NCBI RefSeq assembly: GCF_965229075.1
Contig: NZ_CBDDIO010000001.1
Span: 1,104,674-1,168,673 of the forward strand
From: Ancylobacter sp.
GTDB taxonomy: Bacteria > Pseudomonadota > Alphaproteobacteria > Rhizobiales > Xanthobacteraceae
DNA: 64,000 bases
Reading direction: 5' to 3'
Each line of letters begins with the position of its first letter. Position 1 is the stretch's first letter. Both the position numbers and the translations under genes were made by a program. Shown here in pieces: positions 39,442 to 46,578 of this stretch. Below the pieces are notes generated by a model. It was not told where the DNA came from. It did no database searches and saw nothing but the letters and a program-made list of their open reading frames with translations.

Positions 39442-39607
39442 CTACTTGAGTCCAGCCCTGGTGGGCGTCGCTTCCACCATCGAACCGAGCCCCCGAGGAG
39501 GTTCCCGATAGGGAACGATGGCGGAAGCGACGTGGACCTGCGATCAGCAGCTCTAACAGTGGCGACCGGAAGCCCGGTCCCCCTCGACAATGAGTTCGTA
39601 CCCATCA
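39442..39607 (-). ncRNA. candidate retron msr-msd non-coding RNA (structured spacer upstream of the RT)
   Basis: On the minus-strand transcript there is a short hairpin GACCGG-GCUU-CCGGUC (39579-39564). It is followed by a 17-bp stem (39532-39516 pairing with 39482-39466) that encloses a GUUCCC-UAUC-GGGAAC hairpin. The single non-Watson-Crick pair is G-U only in the minus-strand sense. I did not identify a1/a2 repeats or the branching G. Confidence 0.35.
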
Positions 39608-40894
39608 TCACGGCCGCCCAAAAGGACGGCGGGTGCTAGACGAAGCCCGCGGAGTTCTCAGTTCGGACGGATAATATGGAACGGTAGAGGTTGCAATACT
39701 CGGCCGTTTTCGCTCAAGCCGCCGCGCAGCTTCCAGCATTTGATGCCCGGCGTCTGTGAGGCGCCCTTGTTTGGTGATCAACTTTGCGCGCAGCGCTCTC
39801 AGCACGATCTCCATCACGTCCGGCGTGGTCATTCCGGTCCGCTCAGAGAGCGCGATTTCCTTTCCGCGCCACCAGCGTCCACGCATGGCGGACAAGACGA
39901 GAACCGTCGCAGCATCCGCCTCAGCCAACCCCGGCGTGATCCGAATGCCCATGCTGGCCGCCGCGGAGGTGATGACGTCGCTCATCCGACGGAGGCCGAA
40001 TGCCGGGCGCAGGTCGTCGGGCGCCGGCCCGTCGTAGAGCGCGCGCCAGGTGCTAGTCGACTTATGGAGCAGCGCCGGCGTGTTATTGGGGAGGCGGTAG
40101 TTGAATGCCGCCAGGGCGGAGGTGTTTCCGAAGCCCCACCGGCTCGCACCGCGTCCCGTATCCGGGCCGTAGCGGTTAATCAGTGAAAACCAGCGGTCCG
40201 CTTGGCGCCAGTCGCCTGCCTTTACGATGGTCGGTGCGACGTGCTCGACACGCACATCCGGCCGCAGGCGGTGGCGCCGAACGCTCGTGATGCCGGCGTC
40301 TGTCCCTGCCGCGGCCACAACGCAAAAATCAATCCATCCTCGGGAGCGCCACGCACGGATGGTGGGGACCGCCCACAAGGCGTCGAGCATCGACCTCACC
40401 CGGCTGCCGGATCCGATGAAGTCCGTGACCAGCGCTATAGTCCCTGCGGGCGCGGTCTTGCCGCGCAGCAGGTTGGGCCCTGGGTGGTTCATAAAGATGG
40501 CCGGCCGCGCCTCCTTAGCCTGAGAGATGACAAAGCCGACGAGGCCCTCGCTGCCGACCCGCGTCCCGCCACGAAGGGGTTTGACTGCCGGAGGTCCAGC
40601 CCGACCAACGGCGCGGTAATGGCGTCGGCCCTTCGCATCTAAAGTTACGGTGCTCTGGAAGAAGGCTGCTTGCCCCATCTCGCGCTCGGCGTAGAGCGCG
40701 ACCCGACGTCGGAAACCGGAGCGACCGTCCGCCAGCGCGTAGAGTTGAGAGCGGATCGCTGCGCTGACCTGCTCTTCGTTTAGCAAGAGCATGGCGTCCA
40801 GCAACGCCGCAGCGTCGACCGCGTCGGCCGCCAGGAACTGCCGTAGCCATTGCTGCGACGTCTCGTAAGACGACAGCGGCGCTCGCGAGCTCAA
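39608..40894 (-). CDS. phosphoribosyltransferase-like protein with C-terminal winged-helix domain
   Basis: It has a PRPP-loop-like motif GTIALVTDFIGSGSRVRSMLDAL and a C-terminal wHTH-like segment MTTPDVMEIVLRALRAKLITKQGRLTDAGHQMLE. The preferred start is TTG 40894 (AAGGGA 7 nt upstream), which overlaps the helicase TGA. An alternative ATG is at 40792. Confidence 0.5.
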   Translation of the reverse strand: MSSRAPLSSYETSQQWLRQFLAADAVDAAALLDAMLLLNEEQVSAAIRSQLYALADGRSGFRRRVALYAEREMGQAAFFQSTVTLDAKGRRHYRAVGRAGPPAVKPLRGGTRVGSEGLVGFVISQAKEARPAIFMNHPGPNLLRGKTAPAGTIALVTDFIGSGSRVRSMLDALWAVPTIRAWRSRGWIDFCVVAAAGTDAGITSVRRHRLRPDVRVEHVAPTIVKAGDWRQADRWFSLINRYGPDTGRGASRWGFGNTSALAAFNYRLPNNTPALLHKSTSTWRALYDGPAPDDLRPAFGLRRMSDVITSAAASMGIRITPGLAEADAATVLVLSAMRGRWWRGKEIALSERTGMTTPDVMEIVLRALRAKLITKQGRLTDAGHQMLEAARRLERKRPSIATSTVPYYPSELRTPRASSSTRRPFGRP

Positions 40895-42642
40895 ATGGCA
40901 ATCCCTTCTACGATAGCTTCGCCGAACCACGCCTGGACCTTGCCCATCGCCACGGGCGAAAGCTGCTGGGTGAACAGCAGCGCCAACCGCTTCTTCGGCC
41001 TGGAGCACGCCACGTAGAAGAGATTGCGGTTGCGCTCGAACATCTCTGCGCGGGCCGCCGGCACGCCATTGACCGCCAGCTCCAGCATCTCCCCAAAATT
41101 GTACTGGTTCCACCCGCGTCCGATCACGACGAGCACATTCTCAAATTCCTGTCCCTTGACCCCGTGCTTCGTCTCGAACGGCGAGTGTCCGCAGAGATAG
41201 GCGCGAAGGGCTTTGATCTCGGCATACTGCACGCCATGCAGGGCCTCTGTCTCCGTTAGGTAGCGCGGCATGGGTTCGCCAGCGTCCGGATCAAAGGCGC
41301 GCAGGTCGCGCTCACGGTCTGCGACGGCATCGGGGGGCCGCGGGCGCCGGGTCTGCATCAGGTGACCGATAACCTCCCCGACGGTCCCGTTGGCCCTCAG
41401 CTGATCCAGCGCCTGAAAGGACGCCCCCCACGCCGCCTTGTCCGCCGTTCGACGCAGGTGCGGGGCGGTGCCCAGGACATCGAACATCTCGCCAAACCGC
41501 CGGGCCGCAAATGCATCGCAAGCGGGCTCCAGCACATCGACCAGGTAGGCGATGTGTGGATTCTCCTTCTTGGTGAAGGCGTCATTGAACTGGAAGACGC
41601 CTGGGAGGCTGGCGTAGCCCTGCTCAGCCGCCAACACCCGGTGGGTCAGCATCAGGACCTTGGTCCGGCTGGCGTCGAAGTCCCAACCATCCGCGACCAG
41701 CCGGGTTTTGACCCGGTCCAACGCCTGGTGAGCCACGGGCCCAGGCAGATCGCCACCCCAGTGGGCGCCGCCCTGTCGCTGTCCCACCCAACCGTTGGAA
41801 TGGAACACCCTGACCGAACCAGCCACAGTCGGATCGTCCACGAACTGCGGCAGCTCGGGTCGCATCCGGTTCAAGCAATCCACTACGACCTGCACAGACC
41901 GGAAATTGGCCTCCTTGCCGATCTCCTTGACCGCGGGATGTTCAAGCTTCCCGCATCCACCGTAGATTTTCTGCCAGTGGTCGCCGAAGAAGCCAAACTG
42001 CGGCGCGCCCGCCACGCCGAGGAAGTGGGCCTTGATCGCCTCCACCCAATCGGCGTCAGTATCCTGATACTCGTCGACCAGAATGACCGGATAGAGTTCC
42101 GACATCCGCTTCCGGAACTTGGCGTTCTCCATGAAGCGGATGGTCAGTGGCAGGATGTCGTCGTGGTGCAGGGACAGAACCCCGTCCCTGATGGACCGAT
42201 GGCCAAGGGTATACTCCACCGTGCGACCACCGATGCCGCCGACTTCGGCCAGACGGTCCTGCCATGTCGGGAGTTCGCTGACATAGGTGCGCAGATGCGC
42301 CTGCAGACCGTTGATTAGCGACCAACAGAACGCGTGATTGGTCTCGCAAAACACCGCCGGGTGGCGGTCGGTTCGCGCCTCGATCTCATCCTTGGCCACG
42401 TTGGTGAAGGTGATGCAGGCAACCTTCTGACTGCGGCGAACGAAAACCCGGCTCCGCTTCTCGATCAGCCAACCCAGCGCTTTCACGAGCGTGTAGGTCT
42501 TACCGGCGCCGGCGCCGGCTTCCAGTCTGAAGCTCTCGCCGTTTTCCAAACAGCCATAGACGGCTTCAAGGGCGACGCGGCTTGCCCTCTGTGCAGGAGT
42601 CTCGCCATCAGGCACCGGTCTGCTCCTCAGCCGTTGCCTCAT
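40891..42642 (-). CDS. UvrD/PcrA-like SF1 helicase (GajB-like)
   Basis: It has Walker A EAGAGAGKTYTL, motif II ILVDEYQDTD, then VKGQEFENVLVV and NLFYVACSRPKKRLALL. Its start overlaps the end of the OLD gene by 35 nt. Confidence 0.85.
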   Translation of the reverse strand: MRQRLRSRPVPDGETPAQRASRVALEAVYGCLENGESFRLEAGAGAGKTYTLVKALGWLIEKRSRVFVRRSQKVACITFTNVAKDEIEARTDRHPAVFCETNHAFCWSLINGLQAHLRTYVSELPTWQDRLAEVGGIGGRTVEYTLGHRSIRDGVLSLHHDDILPLTIRFMENAKFRKRMSELYPVILVDEYQDTDADWVEAIKAHFLGVAGAPQFGFFGDHWQKIYGGCGKLEHPAVKEIGKEANFRSVQVVVDCLNRMRPELPQFVDDPTVAGSVRVFHSNGWVGQRQGGAHWGGDLPGPVAHQALDRVKTRLVADGWDFDASRTKVLMLTHRVLAAEQGYASLPGVFQFNDAFTKKENPHIAYLVDVLEPACDAFAARRFGEMFDVLGTAPHLRRTADKAAWGASFQALDQLRANGTVGEVIGHLMQTRRPRPPDAVADRERDLRAFDPDAGEPMPRYLTETEALHGVQYAEIKALRAYLCGHSPFETKHGVKGQEFENVLVVIGRGWNQYNFGEMLELAVNGVPAARAEMFERNRNLFYVACSRPKKRLALLFTQQLSPVAMGKVQAWFGEAIVEGIAI

Positions 42643-44677
42643 CGACCGCCGCCATTACGACGGCCAATGCCTGGTCTGGCACAATGGCGTCGCTCGCCGC
42701 CAACCATCGAATGCCCTCCACGAGGTATCGAGGTGCCGTCCAGTTCGTGTCGGCGATCGAGAATTCGATGGCAAAGTCGGACTTCTTATAGCCGCCAGCC
42801 AGCGTCCTGGCTTCGAGTTCGCGGGCCGGGGCGTCGGCGCCCACCAAGCCGAACTTTTCGCCGTTGGCCAAGATAAACGCATCTTCAAGTGTGCGTCCAC
42901 AGGGGCCGTTGGCGGCCTCGGGACATTGGTAAGCCAGACGTTTCAGGCCTTTAATCTTGTCGACGTCGGTCTTACCGGCGAAGCCGGCCAGGGGATAAGG
43001 CGCGTCGCCAGCGAACCAGGATTTCAAGCACACATTGCTGGTGGTCACGCCCTGGTGCACCGCGCAGGCGGTGCCGCCTGCCGCGACCACGGCGTCGAGG
43101 TCGGTGACGATCAAGGTCCGCAATTCTAGGAAGTCCAGGAGATCCACGAAGATGTGGGCGTAGGCGCCGCCGACCTCCAGAGTGGTGATGAACTGGCTCG
43201 ACAGTTTCGGCGCCTCCGGCTCCATAGCCTCCAGCTTGCTGACCACCACTGGTAGGATCATCCGTTCGCCGAGACCTTCGACCAGTATCGCCTTGTCCGC
43301 GAAGAATAGGTCGCAACGGGTCAGCGTCAGATATTTGTGTAGGAATTGGCGGTCGGGCGCGGGCTTGTCGGCCATGCCCTTGCTTAGGTCCTTGACGCGG
43401 GTCATCCGGACGCCCGGAGCCGCACCTGGCGTGTCGACCGACAGGAAGTACCTGATGGCCTCGAACCCTGCCTCGTTCGCGACATGCGACGAGTGGGTGG
43501 AGACCACGAATTGCACTGGCCACGGGATGCCGTCCTCGGCGCCCTGGACCAACTGCTGGGCGATCTTCGCAAGCTGACGAATGAAGACCTCCTGCATCTG
43601 GGGATGCAAGTGGGCCTCCGGCTCCTCTATGAAGATCAGGTGTACTCCAGCCGCGGTCGAGTCCGCCCGGAAGGATTTGTAGAAACCGACCAGTTGCAGG
43701 AGGATGAAGATCAGGTTCCTGATCCCCAGCCCGTTGTAGGACTCGGGAAGGGAAACTCCGCTGTTGCCAGCGTAGCGAACGCGCGTGAAGTTGGACAGCA
43801 GGCGCCGGACGTCCAGCGTCGTTTCCGTGTGCAGTTCCTGTCCGCCAAGACCGGGGTATCCGAAGCTCTGCAAGGTCGGCATCAGCTTCTTCAGTTCGGA
43901 GCCGACGTTGGCGTCGATCTGCTGCTGAATGTCCTGTACCGCGGCTCCCAGGGCATCGGCCACAAGCTTGTCGCCGTGGTCAGCCTGATCCGAACTCGCG
44001 GTGGAGAACAGGTTCTCCAGAACCTTAGCCAGCACGTCGGACTCGCGAGACGTCACGTCGTCGAGGCCGCGTTGGGCGTTGATGAAGCCCGGTTTCACGA
44101 GATGGCGCAGCGCGGCGTTCGTCAGCTCGCGACGGTTAGCCGGGTCGGTGGGGTCTTGCGCCCAGATCTTCGCTGTGAACATCTTCGGCACGCGTTCGCG
44201 CAAAACCTTGAAGACCGCTATGCGGGCTGCGTCGTCCAACTCTCCGGCGGGCTGATCAGCGAAGAAGGCGGCGACGGCGCCATCCTTCAACTCGTAGCGA
44301 ATGGCTGCTATCGCAGTGGTGCACGCTGGGTCGAGGTCGATGACGAATGGGCTGAGCGGCCCCAGCTCCGGGTCGGCCGCGTCGTATTCAAAATGGACAT
44401 CTAGTTCGATCGACGGAAGCAATGCGCGAACGGCTTGGTCTCCAGCCCCGTCACCATGCGCTCTCAGGGACGCGCAAAACCCATCGTAGCTCGCGCTCGA
44501 GAAGTCCTCGATCTGGAAGATGGGCGTACCCTCGCCGAGCAAGCGCCGCATGATTTCCGACAGAGAGGTCTTGCCGCTGTTGTTGCGTCCCACGATCAGG
44601 GTGGTTTTGGGATCGAGCGCAAGGGTGACGTCAGCAAGCAGCCGGAAGTTTTTGATCCTGACCTGGCTAATGTGCAC
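42608..44677 (-). CDS. OLD-family ATP-dependent endonuclease (ABC-type ATPase + Toprim; GajA-like)
   Basis: It has Walker A GRNNSGKTS, Walker B/D-loop LIFIEEPEAHLHPQ, a Toprim Glu in AILVEGLGERMILP and the DxD in LIVTDLDAV. The GTG start at 44677 is preceded by GAGGGGA. Confidence 0.85.
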   Translation of the reverse strand: MHISQVRIKNFRLLADVTLALDPKTTLIVGRNNSGKTSLSEIMRRLLGEGTPIFQIEDFSSASYDGFCASLRAHGDGAGDQAVRALLPSIELDVHFEYDAADPELGPLSPFVIDLDPACTTAIAAIRYELKDGAVAAFFADQPAGELDDAARIAVFKVLRERVPKMFTAKIWAQDPTDPANRRELTNAALRHLVKPGFINAQRGLDDVTSRESDVLAKVLENLFSTASSDQADHGDKLVADALGAAVQDIQQQIDANVGSELKKLMPTLQSFGYPGLGGQELHTETTLDVRRLLSNFTRVRYAGNSGVSLPESYNGLGIRNLIFILLQLVGFYKSFRADSTAAGVHLIFIEEPEAHLHPQMQEVFIRQLAKIAQQLVQGAEDGIPWPVQFVVSTHSSHVANEAGFEAIRYFLSVDTPGAAPGVRMTRVKDLSKGMADKPAPDRQFLHKYLTLTRCDLFFADKAILVEGLGERMILPVVVSKLEAMEPEAPKLSSQFITTLEVGGAYAHIFVDLLDFLELRTLIVTDLDAVVAAGGTACAVHQGVTTSNVCLKSWFAGDAPYPLAGFAGKTDVDKIKGLKRLAYQCPEAANGPCGRTLEDAFILANGEKFGLVGADAPARELEARTLAGGYKKSDFAIEFSIADTNWTAPRYLVEGIRWLAASDAIVPDQALAVVMAAVDEATAEEQTGA

Positions 44678-44715
44678 GGCGTCCCCTCTAAGCAGCGGAC
44701 GTCTCTGCGTCCTAT

Positions 44716-44731
44716 TAGTGTGCCGACACTA
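44716..44731. promoter_or_regulatory. perfect 6-4-6 palindrome upstream of the OLD gene (candidate operator)
   Basis: TAGTGT-gccg-ACACTA lies 39-54 nt upstream of the GTG start of the first gene of the cluster. Confidence 0.3.
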
Positions 44732-45397
44732 CCTGAAAGAGTGCTGTGGTGCAGCTTGCGTCTCGGGGGAAATTCAACGATCACGTTCCGGCCACAGCAC
44801 GACCTTCGCCGATACCGGCATCGGGCCGCTGCAGCGTGGCGTTAGCAGCCTGTAGTTCTCGCGCGAGTGCCACCGGCTGTTCGGCTGCGGCATCCCATTC
44901 ACGAGCCCCTCTTGGCCTGGTCGGCCGGGTCAGACGGCCGCTGTAGAGTTACGGATGGTCGGCGTCGATGTGTGTCGCGAAGACGTGATCAAACCGGTCG
45001 GCGAAAATCTCTTGGACGACGCGTCGCGCGGGACGGCGCGAATAACGATTTTTTGCAGGTCACGACGGGCGGCGCAGGGATTGGCTCAACGTCCGCATTC
45101 TGCCCCTAAGCCAATGTCTTTTCATGGCGCAACCATGACCTCCAAGGCGGAAAGAACCCACGTCTGCTCTCAGGAATCTGCAAATCCGATTTCTACGGCC
45201 GAGATGGCGGCGCAAAGCGGATATCCCTGAAAGGCGGCGAGGGACAGGGACGGGCCAATGCGCGTCATAGGGTTATAGCGAACACATAGTTCTCTTCTTG
45301 GTCGCTCGCGGCCCGCCACTTTCACCCCGCCCGCCTTCAACCCTGGCACAATGCTGCGCCTCGTCGGACGGGCCGGTCCTGCCATTCTCGCAAACAG

Positions 45398-45429
45398 AAA
45401 GCCCGGAACCGTCTCCGGTACCGGGCTTT
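45398..45429 (-). terminator. rho-independent terminator downstream of minE
   Basis: AAAGCCCGG...CCGGGCTTT stem with T-rich runs on both strands, 54 nt downstream of the minE stop. Confidence 0.6.
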
Positions 45430-45482
45430 GATTTTCTCGGTGACAGGATTGGTCGCTGACGGGCGCTGCCGTCCCTGCCGCG

Positions 45483-45755
45483 TCAGGCGGCGCGGCTGAT
45501 CGCGAGATTGAGCTCGCCGCGCACCTCGACCTCGATTTCGAGGATCGACATCGGCGTCCCGCGCTCGAGGCGGACCTTCACATTGTCCTGCTCGCAGGGC
45601 ACATGCCGGGCCACGACGGCGAGGATATCCTCGCGCAGACGCGACAGCAGGTCGTCCCCGCCCACCACCTGGCGCTCATGGGACAGCAGAATCTGCAGCC
45701 GTTCCCGCGCCTGCGGGGCGGTACCCTGCGAGAAAAGGCGCTTCCACAAGGTCAT
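45483..45755 (-). CDS. minE: cell division topological specificity factor MinE
   Basis: 90 aa with the typical MinE sequence (ARERLQILLSHER...LREDILAVVARHV...). The start overlaps the minD stop. Confidence 0.9.
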   Translation of the reverse strand: MTLWKRLFSQGTAPQARERLQILLSHERQVVGGDDLLSRLREDILAVVARHVPCEQDNVKVRLERGTPMSILEIEVEVRGELNLAISRAA

Positions 45756-46564
45756 GCCGCCCTCCGCAGGAGCTTGCTGAACAGGCCGCCACGCGCACGC
45801 GGCGTTTCCATGGCGATGTTCTCGCCCTTCAGACGCAGCGCCGCGTCGTGATAGGCGCGGGCCGGGGCGCTGTTGGGGTCGTGGATCGAGACCGGAACGC
45901 CCATATTCGACGCCTTCAGCACGTCCGGGCTCTCCGGCACGATGCCGAGCAGCGGCAGCGACAGGATTTCCAGCACGTCCTCGGTCTTCAGCATGTCGCC
46001 ACGCGCCGCGCGGACGGGATCGTAGCGGGTGAGCAGAAGGCGCTTGTCCACCGTCTCGCCGCGCTCGGCCCGCAGCGTCTTGGCGTCGAGAATGCCGACG
46101 ATGCGGTCGCTGTCGCGCACCGAGGAGACTTCCGGGTTGGTGACGACGATGGCGATCTCGGCGTGACGCATGGCCAGCGTCGCGCCGCGCTCGATACCGG
46201 CGGGACTGTCGCAGATCACCCAGTCGAAATGCTGCGACAGCATGCCGATGACGCGGTCGACGCCTTCCTCGGTCAGGGCGTCCTTGTCGCGGGTCTGCGA
46301 GGCCGGCAGCAGGAACAGCGATTCCAGCCGCTTGTCCTTGATCAGCGCCTGCGGCAGGCGGGCATCGCCCTGGATGACGTTGACGAAATCGTACACGACC
46401 CGCCGCTCCGCCCCCATGATGAGGTCGAGATTGCGCAGCCCCACGTCGAAATCGACGACGACGACCTTATCGCCGGTGCGGGCCAGGGCCGCGCCGATGG
46501 CGGCGGTCGTCGTCGTCTTGCCGACCCCGCCCTTTCCCGACGTGACGGTGATGATCTTGGCCAT
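45752..46564 (-). CDS. minD: septum site-determining ATPase MinD
   Basis: It has the deviant Walker A (TSGKGGVGKTTTTA) and is a full-length, 270-aa MinD-type sequence. Confidence 0.95.
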   Translation of the reverse strand: MAKIITVTSGKGGVGKTTTTAAIGAALARTGDKVVVVDFDVGLRNLDLIMGAERRVVYDFVNVIQGDARLPQALIKDKRLESLFLLPASQTRDKDALTEEGVDRVIGMLSQHFDWVICDSPAGIERGATLAMRHAEIAIVVTNPEVSSVRDSDRIVGILDAKTLRAERGETVDKRLLLTRYDPVRAARGDMLKTEDVLEILSLPLLGIVPESPDVLKASNMGVPVSIHDPNSAPARAYHDAALRLKGENIAMETPRARGGLFSKLLRRAA

Positions 46565-46578
46565 GACTTGCTTCGCTC

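Larger units (their letters stand above)
28322..45390. mobile_element. integrative mobilizable island (serine recombinase + relaxase) at tRNA-Ser, carrying defence-type cargo
   Basis: It starts directly at the tRNA 3' end. It has a large serine recombinase at the edge and a MOB relaxase with an RHH gene, but no T4SS or coupling protein. Its G+C is lower and patchy compared with the flanks. The right end is only approximate: it is placed before the minCDE terminator, and I found no direct repeat. Confidence 0.65.

Noticed and set aside
39442-39720. Retron a1/a2 flanking inverted repeats and the branching G
   Set aside because: I looked for complementarity between the regions flanking the two hairpins. 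I found only a 6-bp CUUGAG/CUCAAG match, which is too weak to call, so the ncRNA call is kept at low confidence.
40895-41113. N-terminal 73-codon extension of the PRTase-like ORF, overlapping the helicase 3' end
   Set aside because: The overlap is 223 nt, and the product is Gly/Arg/Ala-rich. A well-placed TTG with an SD sequence exists exactly at the helicase stop.
44955-45230. 91-aa plus-strand ORF in the right arm of the island
   Set aside because: It has no RBS and no motif, and its composition looks non-coding.
45350-45364. Sigma-54-like TGGCAC-N5-TGC motif
   Set aside because: The GG-to-GC spacing is 9 nt instead of 10. The motif points into the minE terminator, with no downstream gene in that orientation.
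44678-45480. Direct repeat of the tRNA-Ser 3' end (attR) at the right edge of the island
   Set aside because: I found no TTCGAATCC / GGATTCGAA or acceptor-stem copy by eye. This is consistent with a serine recombinase, but it means the right boundary is only approximate.
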